DNA of 64,000 nucleotides, taken from NCBI RefSeq assembly GCF_009914755.1, contig NC_060929.1, one strand, 5' to 3'. Position numbers and translations under genes: made by a program. Shown piece after piece: positions 1 through 16,011 of the stretch. The notes under the pieces were generated by a model that was given only the letters and a program-made list of their open reading frames with translations, did not search any database and was not told where the DNA came from. Positions within the stretch are counted from its first letter, which is position 1, and every line of letters begins with the position of its first letter. Source of the DNA: the human T2T-CHM13v2.0 reference genome, Homo sapiens.

Positions 1-469
1 CTTCATGTTGTTTCATTGCTTGTGGTTATATGCATATTTCATTGTAATAGTGTTCTACTTTTTGGATACACTAGAATTCAAATAGATTCTTCCTGTTAAT
101 CATCAATATCTCAATGTTCAATTTTACATTAGAATTGCCTCATAATCTAATAGGTGATAGATGATAGATGATAGATAGATAAATACAAGAAAGATAGACA
201 AAGGAATATGTAACTACACTCACCTCCTAGATAAATTAGAATCTTTAAGATGGGAAGAGCTATTCATAACTTAAAAATTTTCCTAGATAATTCAAATTGG
301 CAACAAAGTTTGAAGACAACTAATATAAGTAATAGTTTTGAGATACTTAAACATTTTTCTAATTTACATAAAATTTATTTTCTAAAATACTTTGAATTAC
401 ACATTCATTAAAAATAAATTTCTACTCAAAAGATAATAAGTTATTAAAAAGTACTTGCATGGTGAATTA

Positions 470-935
470 ATTATCTATTGCTCTATAACCTACCATTCTA
501 AAACTTAGTGTATTGTACATCAATTCATCTTGCTCACAACTCTACAAGATAGGCTGGGCTTATTCGTGCTTCTTCTGCTGGGCTCACCACTCATATGACT
601 GCAGTCACTTGGCAAGTCAACAGTGGCTCTAGGGGCCATGAGGGCCTCATTTTCATGTCTGGCAGTGAGCTAGTTCTGTTGGCTGGGACTCTTTGGCACT
701 TTTTCCTGTAGCCTCTCTAACCTTTCCAGCAGATCAGCTTAGGTTTCTTACACAGAAGTGACAAAATTCCAGGTTGCCAAGACCAATTATAGAAGTGTTT
801 ATTAAGCCTCATTTTCTGTAATACTTATGGATATACCATTGATCAAAGCACATCTCAAGGCTAACCCCAGTATCAGCATAGAAAGGAAATACACAGAGGC
901 ATGAATTTTGGGAGGTGTGTTTAATTATGGTCCAT
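470..935 (-). mobile_element. Old MaLR LTR fragment (MLT1 family)
   Basis: Begins ttatctattgctctataacc...aaaacttagtg and ends near gcatgaattttgggagg, resembling the reverse complement of an MLT1 LTR; highly diverged. Confidence 0.55.
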
Positions 936-937
936 TA

Positions 938-1249
<312 letters not shown>

Positions 1250-1319
1250 TCTGCACATGGCTAATTATGTAATACATATTCTGATTTCAGCTTTTTTAAA
1301 GTATTTTTTGTAATACTCG

Positions 1320-1990
1320 TTAACAAAAAGTACATAAAGTGTAACTATCAAAGTGAATAAATGATTGCAAATGAGTAGCAAGGTGACCAAAAATCAGCAG
1401 CAGAAGAAGAATTTTGCCAGCATCCCAGAATCCCCCTAAACATCCCTTTTGGGTCACATATTCTTGTTTCACACAATGGGTATCTTTTATTCTGAAAGTT
1501 AAGGAAACACTTTCTTGATTCTCTTGAGAACCCCACTCAATGATTTTTTTTCCTGTTTTTAAATTTCATAGAAATATGATATAATGCATGTTATTTTCTA
1601 TCTGGCTTCTTTTGCACAACGGTATATGTTTCAGTCACTCAGGGTGCTACATAGAGCTACATTTCATTGATTGTATGGCTGTATTCTTAAAAATAAACCA
1701 CATTTTCTTTGTTAATTCTTTGGCTGCTGAACATTTGTTTCTATTTTAGATTTATTACAATGTACTATATATAATATTGCTCTAAACATAAACACATATA
1801 CACTGTACATATGCTTTGCAGGTTTCAGTGCACATAAACACATGTATATGCATACCCCAAAGAGATATATAATCTGAAGGAGAATTATTTCTGAGTCATA
1901 GAGAATGCATTCCCATTTAAAGATAAAAAAGATAATAAACTTCAGCAGCATTTGGTTAATTGTAGTAAGTGTTTCATAGTCACTTGATGA
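1320..1990 (-). mobile_element. Ancient L1M (L1ME-like) 3' fragment
   Basis: Diverged L1M 3' motifs such as cagcatcccagaatcccc and tatctggcttcttttgcacaac. Confidence 0.5.
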
Positions 1991-2550
1991 GAATATGGAT
2001 TTATCATTCTGCATTCTGTCACTTAACTATTTTGCTAAACTTATCTGTAGATTTGTTTTATTTTCTATGTTTATAATTATCTGTGCATAATAAAAATTTT
2101 CCTCTTTCTCTTATTTCAATCGTCTTAGTTTTATTTTTTTTCTTTTTAAATATTCAGGCAAATATTTTTTGGCTCCACTATGATTGAGAGTGGTGAGAAC
2201 AAGTAAATATTTTTACATGAAATAAATTTATTTGCCATTCAAGCGCTGTAAAAATGCATTTTTGCTTTCTTTAAATCAAATTTCCATTTCAATTTTATCT
2301 GCAGATATTATGCATTTCCCTTATGCCTACTAACTGTAATTACTCCATTATCATTGGAATTCATTATTATTTTTCTATATTAAGCACTGCGAAATGAGTT
2401 TTGGAGGGATGCTTTGAAGGCTATTTTTATTGCATGTTAATATTATTATATGCATTATTTAAGAAATAAAATGAAGAAAGTCATTTTTGGAAATCCAATG
2501 CCTCAAGAGTCAATTAATATTTTAGATACTGAAACCACTATTTAAGAAGG

Positions 2551-3315
<765 letters not shown>

Positions 3316-3452
3316 CCCTTCTCTCTTTTTTCCTTCCTTCCTTTCCTCTTTCTTTTCTTTTTTCCTTACTTCTTTCCATTATTTTTCTTCTTCCCTCTTT
3401 CATTCCTTTTCTTGCTCTCTCTTCCTTTCTAGCCTTCCTACTTTCCTTTTTT
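3316..3452 (+). repeat. CT-rich low-complexity tract
   Basis: Near-pure pyrimidine run. Confidence 0.85.
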
Positions 3453-3620
3453 ATTAAAATTATTTGAACAATAATCATTACATAGTAATATAATTTTATT
3501 TTGGTAACAATTTCATAATTATCTTTGAATGATTTATTATCTCTTCGAAATTTTCAAGTTGTCAAGCATTTTCTTCAAATATCCTGAGCTACCTTTTTGC
3601 CTGAGGATAAAACAAGGAAA

Positions 3621-4125
3621 CAGGCATACCTCTGAAATATTGTAGGTTGGGTTCCTGGCCCCTACAATAAAGTGAATATCTCAATAAAGCAAGTCACACA
3701 AATTTTCTGGTTTTCTAGAACATATAAAAGTTATGTTTACACTATGCTGTAGTTTATTGAGTGTGCAATAACATTATGTCTAAAAATAATAATGTACATA
3801 CCTTAATTAAGATTTTATTGCTAAAAATTCTAATGATCATCTGAGCCCTCTGTGAGTTGTAATCTTCTTGCCCAGTTGTTGATGGCTGCTGACTGACAAG
3901 GGTGGTGGTTGCTGAAGGTTGAAGTTGCAGGGAACATTCTTAAAATAATAAAATAATAAAATCTGCAGCATCCATTGACACTTATTTTCATGGAAGATTT
4001 CTCTGTGGTGTGCAATGCTGTTTGACAGCCTTTTATCCAAAGTGGGACATCTTTCAAAATTAGAGTGAATTCTGTCAAACATTGCTGCAGCTTTATCAAC
4101 TAAGTGTATACAATATTCAAAATCC
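3621..4125 (-). mobile_element. Tigger1 (TcMar-Tigger) DNA transposon 3' fragment
   Basis: Terminal inverted repeat CAGGCATACCTC at 3621; ORF 3837-4082 (FDRIHSNFERCPTLDKRLSNSIAHHREIF) resembles the Tigger1/TIGD1 transposase C-terminus. Confidence 0.9.
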
Positions 4126-4881
4126 TAAATCAAACTATCTATATGTTTTTATTAAATTGACCTGTGATTTTCCATGTAAACACATAATTTATATAGAACT
4201 AAATTACTTTATTTCCATATAAAAGAACAGCCATCTTGAGATATTGAAATACAAGTTATCCCTTTTAACTTGACAATGTAGTACTTTTTTCTGGTCCTTT
4301 GCATGTTTGTATATATACATCATTATAATAATGTTTTATCTGAATACATTAGATAAACTTATTACAGCCTTATTATCACTTTATCTTTAACATGGAGGAC
4401 TCAAATATAAGGTATACTTGCTCTGCACTACCACTGAAATATTTACATTGGCAAATTAAAAGTAAAAAACACCCAAATCCTAGTTTCACAGGTTGGTCAT
4501 GAATATTAACAAAATGATATTATTAATTATACTAGAAATTCCTTACTCAAGGATAGTAGTCTAATCACCTTTTAAGACTCCCATTTCTCTAAAATGATTT
4601 TAGAAATATAAATGTGTGCTCCACACATTATTTAGAATGGCTTCTAGATATTTTCAATTGAAGTACAAATACTTGCAATAGATGTAGTTTCTGGCAAATT
4701 TTTTAAAAGTTTATTTAAAAATGTCTCATTGCTATCATAAATGTATCCTGTGTAACATGTCTTAAAGTTACATGAATGTATTATTTTTAACAGGATTACA
4801 TTTTTGCAGTTTGCATTTTCTTTTCTCATTTACTTGTATTTGAATTGTCTTTCCTAAAATATTTCACCCTAATGCAATATG

Positions 4882-5197
<316 letters not shown>

Positions 5198-5363
5198 AAT
5201 ATGTTTTTTAAGAAATGTTTTTCTATTTACTCTAGCCTCAAAAAATTGTGAACATAAATTTATTACTTAAAAGCAATTTATTTTGCTTAATATTAATATA
5301 TATTCATTTTGGAGTTAATATTTTTGTTTATATAGTAGTAAAGAATTAATCAAAACATATCTT

Positions 5364-5701
5364 GGTTGAATGCAGTGGCTCATGCCTATAATCCCAGCAC
5401 TTTGCGAGGCCAAGGTGGGTGGATGACCTAAGGTCAGGAGTTCGAGACCAGCCTGGCCAACATGGTGAAACCCCATCTCTACTAAAAGTACAAAAATTAG
5501 CTGGGCATGGTGGCATGTGCCTATAATCCCAGCTACTTGGGAGGCTGAGGGCTGAGGCAGGAGAACTGCTTTAACCCAGGACGTGGAGGTCGCAGTTAGC
5601 CAAGATCATGCCATTGCACTCTAGCTTGGGAGATAGAGCGAGACTCCGTCTCAAAACAAAAAACAAAAAAAAAAAAAATAAAAAAAATGAACCAAAAAAA
5701 A
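5364..5701 (+). mobile_element. AluS (Sx-like)
   Basis: Full dimeric Alu with long A-rich tail; degenerate TSD ending TATCTT. Confidence 0.97.
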
Positions 5702-6941
5702 GACTTATCTTAATTTTCCAAAACACATTAAAACTGTAATGTAAAATTTGATCAAAAAGGTTTTTTTGTTTGTTTTTCAGTGAGATAGGATACTGCCTTA
5801 TTAAAGTAAACTTCTTTGTATGAAGATGTCTTTTGAATTGTCTCTGCTTTTGGTCACCACAAAAGTTTCCCACTGGAAAACTGTTTCTTTTATTTTAGGA
5901 TGAGTGAAGATAATGCTTTATTTTTTGTAAAATGAGAAAAAGTTGATTGTGAAAAAAAAGATTAGCATACAGAATCTAAATAATACTTTGGTGATCATTA
6001 CATTCTGAACCAAATCAATTGCAAAACATTAATTGATTTCTTAAAATTTATTGGTCTTCGTATATTCCTTGTAAGGTCTTCATACATCTCAAGGGTTAAA
6101 AACACCCCAATTTGAAGATTTATTATTCCAGAAAGGAAATCAAAGTAAGACACTTTTTCTCTGAGAATCTGATGACCTTTAATTTTACTTTCTGAAGGAA
6201 GCATTCCTTTGTAACATAAATTAGTGAAACCTTCACATAAAGCAGCAAATGTTAGCAAAAATTTTTGAGGCCAACTTGTTAATAGAAAATATTATTTAAA
6301 AAGGATTTACTTTTCAAAGAGTACTTACAAATAGGGAAAAAAACAAAAATCTCATTAAGCTCAAATAGTTACATAGGCCAAATACTGAAATGCTAATTCA
6401 CTAAATGTAAATAACTATTACAATATCAACAAAAATGATTGATATTCACCAATAATTTTTAAACACAAAATAATAATAAATTACCTGTTACGCTTAGGAG
6501 ACATTGAAAAATATGTGATCTAAGATGGTAGAAACATATATAATCTTATTTTGTTAAATATATCATGAATCACTGTGGTAAAGAGGTCTTTTCCACTTTT
6601 CTTATGCACCAGATTTGTTCATTAAAGACAAATACCTAAGACAACTATTTCATCCCTTTTGAGTACATCACTTGGCTACTTATCTGTGACGAAGGAATTG
6701 TTGTCAATCTGATTGGTCAGCACTTGAAAAGTTTTATTAGGCTATATTTCACTAGTGATTGGGGTTTTGCAACTTAAGTTAATAATTTTGGGTGTATCTT
6801 CTCTATTTTCCTTCTCATTCCTATCTGTTGAACTAAACTCATCAGGATCTGTGTTTTTGGTTCAGACTAAAGCAGGATCTTCTCTCTTTTCCATCCTTTC
6901 CCTTATAGCAGGATGAGTCCGTTGAGATTTGGAGGTAGTAG

Positions 6942-7762
6942 TGAAACAGAAAATTTTCCCTAATCCCTTTGCGGGTAGGAACTGGAGTGCAGGTGCTGGA
7001 GCTAGCTGGCCTCTTCAGCGCTGGCAGGGGCAAACTTTGTTCCCTCAAACCTGCTATGCGCAGCCACTCGTGGGAGGGAGCATGCTGGTGAGTGGGTGCA
7101 GAAGCTGGGCCAAGTGCTTTTGTGTGCCAGCAGGAACGAACTCCTTACCAACCCCACGGCAGCATCTAGCGGGGGTGCCTGCGACCCCTGAAGCCCCAGA
7201 GGGTGTGTGTTATGGTACTCTTTAAACTCTGCTGTCCGTGGATGGCTTCAGTGTTAACAGCTTAGCGTGACAGTCTTTTGCATCCGCAGTCATAGTACCC
7301 AAGCTCTTATTCAGTGTCCAGGAAGAATCAGGTCACACGAATGAATTGAAGGGTGATGAATGTGGAGAATGTTATTGCCAATGAAAATAGCTCTCAGCAG
7401 GAAGGAGAGCTGGAAAGGTGATGGAGCGGAAAGGTGTTCTTCCCCTGAAGTCATGCCATCAAGCCGTCCCTCTGAAGTCAAGCCACTTCTCTCCGACGTC
7501 CAACCGCAGTCTCCAATGCCCAGCTGCTTCGCCTATCGACGTTCAGCTGCTTCTCCTTTCTACTGTCTAAGCCTGGGGTTTTTATGAGCACACGATAGGG
7601 GCCGGGGCGGGCCATAGGTGGTTTTGGAAAAGGCAACATTCAAGCAGGAAAATAGGAATGTAATGTCCTCACTTTGGGCCTCAGTTCCAGGCTTGAGGGT
7701 GGGGCCCTTGCTGGGAACCCACTCTCTTCTGCCCAGAATTTTCCTGCCTCCTGTCCCTATCA
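6942..7762 (-). mobile_element. ERV1 solo LTR (LTR27/LTR28/MER52 group)
   Basis: TG...CA termini; minus strand starts TGATAGGGACAGGAGGCAGG; 4-bp TSD GTAG/GCAG; locally GC- and CpG-rich. Confidence 0.85.
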
Positions 7763-7836
7763 GCAGAAGAGTAAAAAGTCAGGTCCTAGAACTCCCTAGA
7801 ATGAATTCTTCAATCCACACTTCTCAGAAAGTGCAG

Positions 7837-7922
7837 TATTTACTGTCACTGGGATCTTGCCAGTTTTATTTACTGTCACTGGGATCTTGCCAGTTTTATT
7901 TACTGTCACTGGGATCTTGCCA
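7837..7922 (+). repeat. 30-bp tandem repeat, about 2.9 identical copies
   Basis: Unit TATTTACTGTCACTGGGATCTTGCCAGTTT. Confidence 0.97.
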
Positions 7923-7973
7923 TACGTTTTAGTTAACGTGGGAATTAATTCCATTTTTCAACTAGAGTTAAAA

Positions 7974-9195
7974 AGCCATATGCAGAAAACTGAAACTGGA
8001 CCCCTTCCTTATACCTTATAAGAAAATCAACTCAAGATGGATCAAGACTTAAATGTAAGACACAGAACCATAAAAAGCCTAGAAGAAAACCTAGGCAATA
8101 CCGTTCAGGACGTAGGCATGGACAAAGACTTCATGTCTAAAACACCAAAAGCAATGGCAACAAAAGCCAAAATTGACAAATGGGACCTAATTAAACTAAA
8201 GAACTTCTACACAGCAAAAGAAACTATCATCAGAGTGAACAGGCAACCTGCAGAATGAGAGAAATTTTTGCAATCTATCCATCTGACAAAGGGCTAATAT
8301 CCAGAATCTACAAAGAACTTAAACAAATTTACAAGAAAAAACAAAACACCCCATCAAAAAGTGGACAAAGGAATTGAACAAACACTTCTCAAAAGAAGAC
8401 ACTTATGCAGCCAACAAACATATGAAAAAATGCTCATCATCTCTGGTCATTAGAAAAATGCAAATCAAAACCATAATGAGATACTATCTCATGCCATTTA
8501 GAATGGCGGTCATTAAAAAGTCAGGAAACAACAGATGCTGGAAAGGATGTGGAGAAATAGGAACACTTTTACACTGTTGGTGGGAGTGTAAATTACTTCA
8601 ACAATATGGAAGACAGTGTGGTGATTCCTCAAGGATCTAGAACTAGAAATACCAGCAATCCCATTACTGGGTATATACCCAAAGGATTATAAATCATGCT
8701 ACTATAAAGACACATGCACACTTATGCTTATTGCAGCAATATTGACAATAGCAAAGACTTGGAACCAACCCAAATGTCCATCAATAATAGACTGGATAAA
8801 GAAAATGTGGCACATACACATCATGGAATACTATGCAGCCATAAAAAAAGATGAGTTCATGTCCTTTACAGGGACATGGATGAAGCTAGAAACCATCATT
8901 CTCAGCAAACTATTACAAGAACAGAAAACCAAACACTGCATGTTCTCACTCATAAATAGGAGTTGAACAATGAGAATACATGGATGTAGGGAGGGGAACA
9001 TCACACACTGGGGCCTGTTGGGGGATGGGGGACTAGGGAAGGGATAACAATAGGAGAAATACCTAATGTAGGTGACAGGTTGATGGGTGCAGCAAACCAC
9101 CATGGCATGTGTATACCTATGTAATAAAACTGCATGTTCTGCACATGTACCCCAGAACTTAAAGTACAATAAAAAAAAAAAAAAGCAAAAAAGAA
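7974..9195 (+). mobile_element. 5'-truncated L1PA (about PA7/PA8): ORF2 C-terminus, 3'UTR, poly-A
   Basis: ORF fragments [41 protein letters not shown]; G-rich 3'UTR; poly-A from about 9170. Confidence 0.96.
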
Positions 9196-10525
9196 AGGTA
9201 CATCTTTCATTGCAGTAGTCCTAAACTGCTTTATCTTAAAATAAAAAGAATTACAAACTAATGTATTTATCATATAATTTACATTTATATAAATATTAAA
9301 TGACTTTTAAGACTGGGTCAAATGTAATCATACCTATAAACAAAGATTAACTCAGATACTTAGCAATATGATTGTGATTAAGTATATTATCATATAACTC
9401 AATAACATTTTGTATGTAATGTAAAATTCTGTGTTTTTAATCCAGCTAAAACATGGAAATGTTTAACAGACTATTTGGAGAAAAATCCAGATAAAGCATT
9501 ATTTATAAGTTCAATTATATAGAAAGAAGCTTACATTCATAAAAAGGAAATAAATTTTTTTAAAAAGACAAATATTGTGTTTCTGTTGTCAGATCTTCTT
9601 CTCTATTTTCACAATTTACTAAGGAGCTTAGTAATGAGTTTAAATGAGTATTGCAATTCAGTTGTACAAAATTGCCAATAAAGGACAAAAAGCAAACTAT
9701 GCAATTTTTGTGGAACTCAATATACCTTACAATATTTCTCATTTTCAATGTCCTCTTATATCCACTAATAAGGTCTTTTTTATTTTACTTTTGAGTTTAG
9801 ATCTTTATTTTTACTCATTTTTAGATATTTCTCCTTTAAGAAATATATAAATACATTTTCTTTTGTATCTATAATTCTTAGGGTGACATACATTTATGTA
9901 TGTTTGATGGCTTCATATCACGTCATTTGATTTTAGATTTATTCTGAATGAATTCTTCAGTGGTATTTTTTTGCAGTGACTTTTCAAGAATATTACAATA
10001 CTTTTCAAAGACATAATAGAGTTAACTGCAGTCTGAAGGCCCTTGGCTCTTTTGAAGGCATTTCACTGCTATTTTCTGTTGATATTGTCATTATAATTTG
10101 CATTAAGTGACATTTTGAATACAATATACAAATGTTTGTGCCCTTAAAGTTTCACCATGCATTTTTCATGCTCAAATTTTGTTAAATGTCTCTCTTTTCG
10201 TCTGATTTTAGAGTTCCCTGAGACAATAGAGAGGAAATATGCCAATATTAATATGTAAGTGTTTATATTATCTTGTTCAGATTTATTGGGTAAGCATATG
10301 CTTAAGAAATTATTGCTTATTGTGAGCGACTTCTGGGTCAAGTTTAAGGACAATTGTTCGTGTTATTATTAAGAGTATAAATAGACCCAATCATGTATAC
10401 ATAATTAGCATGATATTTGTTGAATAAAATAACAATACTAATGCATTTTACTTCATATTTTCCAAAATAATATTTTATTTCCCTTTATTTTGGTTAATGT
10501 TTTTCTCAACTTTTACTACACACAC

Positions 10526-10897
10526 TGCTATATTTAAAATGTTGATGCCCACCCTGCCGACTGACTTCATATGTTAAAATCCTTACTGTTAAGGGGATGA
10601 TATTAGGAAGTGGGGCCTTTAGGGGCATTTAGATCATGAGCATGGAGCACTTATAAATGAGATTAGTGCTCCTATAAAAAATGCTTAAGAGAAACTCCTC
10701 ATTCTTTTCCCCATGTGAGGAGGCAGCCAGAAAGAACCATCTATAATCCAGAAGTTGGGCCCCCACAAGGCAATGGATTTGCTGGTGCCCCAAAGTTGGA
10801 CTTCCCAGCCTGGAGAATTATGAGGGATAAATTTCTGTTGTTTGTAAGTCACTCAATATATGGAATTTTGTTAAAGCTGCCCAACAGGACTAAGACA
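10526..10897 (+). mobile_element. MaLR solo LTR (MLT1A0-like)
   Basis: TGCTA...GGACTAAGACA termini; 5-bp TSD CACAC/TACAC. Confidence 0.85.
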
Positions 10898-11689
10898 TAC
10901 ACTAAGGAATGAAAGACATTCTCTACCTCTATGTTTTGTTCTCAAATTTAAATAAAATAAATATAATACAGAAATTTAAACGGTATAAAGCTGCATATAC
11001 TAGTGTGAAATAATGTCACCCCAAGAACCAAAGAGCAGCACATTTTTCTCTATTCCCCTGACAAAGCCCTAAGTGAAGTGAAGAATTGGGTGCATTAATC
11101 ATGAGACAGAAACAAACTGGAAGCACCAAAGCATTGCTGCAGGTGGGCTTTGCCTGCTCTGTCATTTCAAATTCCCTTACTCTTTTATGTGTTGATTTGT
11201 CCTCCTCAACTTTCCCCAGGTTTCATACTTTTTCCTACAACCTATTCCTCTATGCCAGAATCATCTGGTCTCAATCCATTTATCTCATGAATCTGGGATG
11301 GATTTTTGACTGTTGACACAGCAGATTGCAGAAATCAGACTTGGAGTGTGACCTTTTAAGAGACTTCCACTCATGTATTTCATCTTTAATATCCACAGAG
11401 CACAAGTCACAAGCAATTCTCCCTCCAGTGATTACATGAGAACGGCATAAATAATCGCCAAATTTTTTTTATCACGTTAATTCTCACACTAAGTGTATTA
11501 TTTCCTAGCCTTTTATGGTAAAGATTTTATTTCAGTTACCCAGAGGCTGCATGTAATTTTGTACTTGGAGAATTCCTTGTTGTTTTTGTTTTGCTTATAT
11601 CAAAATCCCACTTATCCTCATAGGAACAAATAATGCTTGATAATCATTTCTCCTTTTCTCTCTTGCAATTTAAAATTAATGAGTAAAAA

Positions 11690-11940
11690 TAATGCAGTCG
11701 TGTTTCATGTATTAAGTGTTTTATTTATTTAAAATTTTTTATTCTTCAAAAAAATCCTGTGAGGTGACCACTGTATATATATACATATATAATTTCTTTT
11801 TTTGTACAGATGAGGAGTCTGAGGTACAGAGAGGTTAAGAAACTTGCAGAAGTCCAGACAGCTTTTCAGTGTGGTAGATGGGCAGTGCAGCATCACAGTC
11901 TGTGGTCTTAATCACACAATGGCAAGGCCCCCGAGTACTA
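11690..11940 (-). mobile_element. MIR SINE fragment
   Basis: Core tacagatgaggagtctgaggtacagagaggttaagaaacttgc. Confidence 0.75.
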
Positions 11941-11965
11941 TGAATACCCAGTTATGTGCCTTAAA

Positions 11966-12623
11966 TGTTACTGGTGGAAGGTATCCAAGTTACCGGTGGC
12001 AAAGTCATACAAGTCTGCAGCAACCTCAATTCTTGCCTCTTCAGAAGAAATGATTTGACTAAGGGAATAAGGCAAAACAAGAGACCAAGGTAATTTTCAG
12101 AGAAGGAGTGTACATTTATTTAAAAAGGCTTCAGACAGGAGGGAAATTATGCTTGGAAGAGACCCAAGTGCGCATGTGAGGGTCAAGTGCAATGTTTAAC
12201 TTGGATCCTAGGACTTATAGGCTGGCCCCTTTCCATTGATTCTTCCCTTAGGATGGGCTGACCACATGTGTAGTGCCCTCTTTACACTTGAGAGGTGAGC
12301 ACATTCAGTGTGTTTAGGAAGTTGTATGCATGCCCATCTGAGGCTTTCTTCCCTTTTCCCGTGGAGTGCCCCTGGAAGATCATGCTCTGCCATTTTATCT
12401 CTTAATGCACATACTCAGGAAGTTGCTTCTCCCTGACATCTGCATTCAATTAACACTTTAATGCAACAGGTGTGGACCATCAAGAAATGGCCTCTCCCTG
12501 ACACCAGCTGCCAACTTACCACTTTTAGAGGGGCAATGTGATCTTTGCCCAACCATCACCTGACATTCCTGGTGAGTGGGGAAAGCCATCTCCTGGACTA
12601 CTCATGCGTAGCTACCTGTTACA
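11966..12623 (-). mobile_element. ERV1 MER4-group solo LTR (LTR29/MER50/MER51-like)
   Basis: TGTTA...TTACA termini, perfect 4-bp TSD TAAA, ctgcagcaacctcaattcttgcctc motif. Confidence 0.85.
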
Positions 12624-13286
12624 TAAACTCCTAGACTCCATACATTAGACACATTTTCTCTTGACTTTGACCAAGAATCTGGTATCAGAAGCAGGAAGGT
12701 ACTGACAGCTCATCTCTCTTGCTGTTTTTCTCTCTCTCTCTGCTTAAGGTTTGCGGTAGTTATAATAATTACAAGTAGGAATCATAGAGCAAGAGAGACA
12801 GTGGTGCAAACTTTTAGCATCTAGTCCTTGGTGGCAGCAAGTACATTTCCTGATCAGACCAGTGTACTCATCAGATCATCAGCAACCAGTGTTGTCTCTG
12901 AACACTTGCTATTAAATTAAGTCTACTAAAGGTTTTGTAAGCTTCCTTTTATTTTTTTAATTTAGTAAAATGTTTAATTAACTGGATCATTAGCCAGAGC
13001 TGCATTTATTACTTTCAACCAGAAATACTAACTGAACTGTACTCATGATTTTCAAGGCAACTGCCTCAGAATAAAGAGAGCAAATTCACAAGTAGAAGGC
13101 TTAGACATTTCCCTCTAATTTATTCTTCCAAATTGTGACTTTTTATTTGCACCAGGGATGAAAATTTGGCTGAAGTTTGAGTCAGGTATCTCTTGTATCT
13201 TCCTTTTTATTGTCAAGAGCTGAGGTGAGCCAGAGAGAATGAAAGGTCAGGTTTCAGGCAAATTGTGCAGCCACAATTGTCAAATT

Positions 13287-13870
13287 GTGACAAGTTGTCA
13301 ATCCATTAAGACAATAAGCCCAAGTCGAAGTAATAGTCAAGCCTTTAATTGCTTTTTGCCGTAGTATAAAAGCAAGAGACTAAACGGGAAAAAGTATTGA
13401 ATTCCCAAATGTCCCATTTTCACCACAGTTCTGCACTAAGCAAAAGTCATATGTATCAGTGCAGACAGAGACAATTGTCTCACTCTCAAGAGTTCTCTGA
13501 ACAAAAAGCTACTTCCAATTTGTTGACCGTAGGAGCCATAGAAAGGGAGAAGGGAAAGGGCTTGGAACTGGAAATTTCTGAGGACTGAGACACATTGGAG
13601 AGTCACATGGGCTCCATAAGAAGGGCTTGGCACTGGTGCCTAGGGAGGGACTCAAATGAGTAACCTTGATAAAGGGGCCTCCAAATGGGGTCTTTCGATT
13701 ATAGAGGTGATCTCTAGTTGCCTGAGAGCCGGCTTTGGAATAATTTAAGGCAGGGAAAATATTATCTTAGTGTGTGAGATTTAGATAAAGAGTGTAGTTG
13801 TAGAGATACACTTGGGATTGCTTTGCTGGCATAAGAAGGCAGGTGATGTCCAAGATCTTTGCCATCTCCA
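13287..13870 (-). mobile_element. Possible old LTR (ERVL-like), unassigned
   Basis: TG start, poly-A-signal-like cctttaattg on the minus strand, raised GC; family not recognised. Confidence 0.3.
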
Positions 13871-13959
13871 TCAACTGGTTAAGACTGAGAGAGACAGTCA
13901 CTTACCAGGAAGTAATATTTTGAAGATGACAAAATATCATACTCTATAGGAAAAAAAAA

Positions 13960-14692
13960 AACACATTAACACAACTTTAAAAAAAATAGCAACTCATTTG
14001 TTCACAATTGGGTAGGGCAGAAATATGAGATTAAGGTGTCAGTAAGGTTGATTTCTTCTGAGGCTTCCCTCCATGCCTCGTAGATGCCTTCTTTGTATCT
14101 TCACATAGTGTTTGGACTAAATTGTATCTTCAAAATTTATATGATGAAGCTTCAATCTCCAATGTGACTATATTTGGTGATAGGACATTTAGAAAACTAA
14201 TTAAGGTTATATGAGGTCATAAAGATGGGGTCCTAACTTGATGCGATAGGAATTCTTATAAGACAAAGAAGTAGTACCAGAGATCTCTCTCCACACATAC
14301 AGAGAAGAAGCCATGTGAGGACATAGTAAGAAGGCAGTTATCTATAAGCCAGAAAGAGGGGCCTCACCAGAAACCAAGTCTAATGGAATCTTGATCTTGA
14401 ACGTCTAGTCTCCAGAACTATGAGAAAGTAAATTTCAGTTGTTTAAGCTTCCTGGTCTGTGTTACTCTATCATAGCAGCATGTGAATAATACACATCATC
14501 TTCATAAGAATATGTCTGTGTCCTAACTTCCTTTTGTAAAAACACCAGTCATGAAGGATCAGGGCCCAACCATATTACCTTGTTAAACATTATTATTTTA
14601 TTAAAGACTCTATCTTTGAATATAGTCACAACTACTGGGAGTTAGGACTCCAGCATATGAATTTTGGGTACACACAATTTAGTCCCTAGCAT
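13960..14692 (-). mobile_element. MLT1B-like LTR interrupted by a second MLT1 LTR
   Basis: gagattaaggtgtcag...tcttcacat continues after the insert as tgtcctaacttcc...caccagtcat...ttaggact. Confidence 0.7.
14109..14493 (+). mobile_element. MLT1A-like LTR nested in opposite orientation
   Basis: TG...TAATACA termini; gccatgtgaggaca and ctccagaactatgaga motifs. Confidence 0.8.
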
Positions 14693-14859
14693 TAACCAAA
14701 GACCCAGTCAAAGATTTGAGAGTTGAGGGCTCTCAGACTCCATTCTTAGTTTTTCTCTGGAGGAGAGAACATCTTACTCTTATGTCATAGTTATACTTTG
14801 TTGTTTCAGTTTCAAACAAGTTTTACTAATCTGAAAGCTTTTTTTTTCTAGTGTTTTTA

Positions 14860-15761
<902 letters not shown>

Positions 15762-16011
15762 TGTTCAAAGTATTGGTACACTACCATCAGAAATCAATTA
15801 ATAACACCCAAAAGTTCAAGTCATTAGAATTCCTAAAGGAATCAGAGTGAGGGGAATATAGAATGGGTGGGAGTCAGGAAGGTTGGAAAATCAGAGTGTT
15901 GAGCACTTGGATGTGGAACACACAGTGAGGAGGAGCATGGTTTGAAGCAACTTGAAAAAGATGGACAGATGTGGAAGAACTGTGTTACCACATCCATTCA
16001 TTCACTGAGTT

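Noticed and set aside
3830-4099. TIGD1-like gene
   Set aside because: Only a decayed Tigger1 3' fragment
7837-7922. 30-bp direct repeats as a CRISPR array
   Set aside because: Head-to-tail with no spacers, no cas genes, primate DNA
6842-7932. GC/CpG-rich block as a CpG-island promoter with ORFs
   Set aside because: Coincides with an ERV1 solo LTR bounded by TG...CA and a TSD
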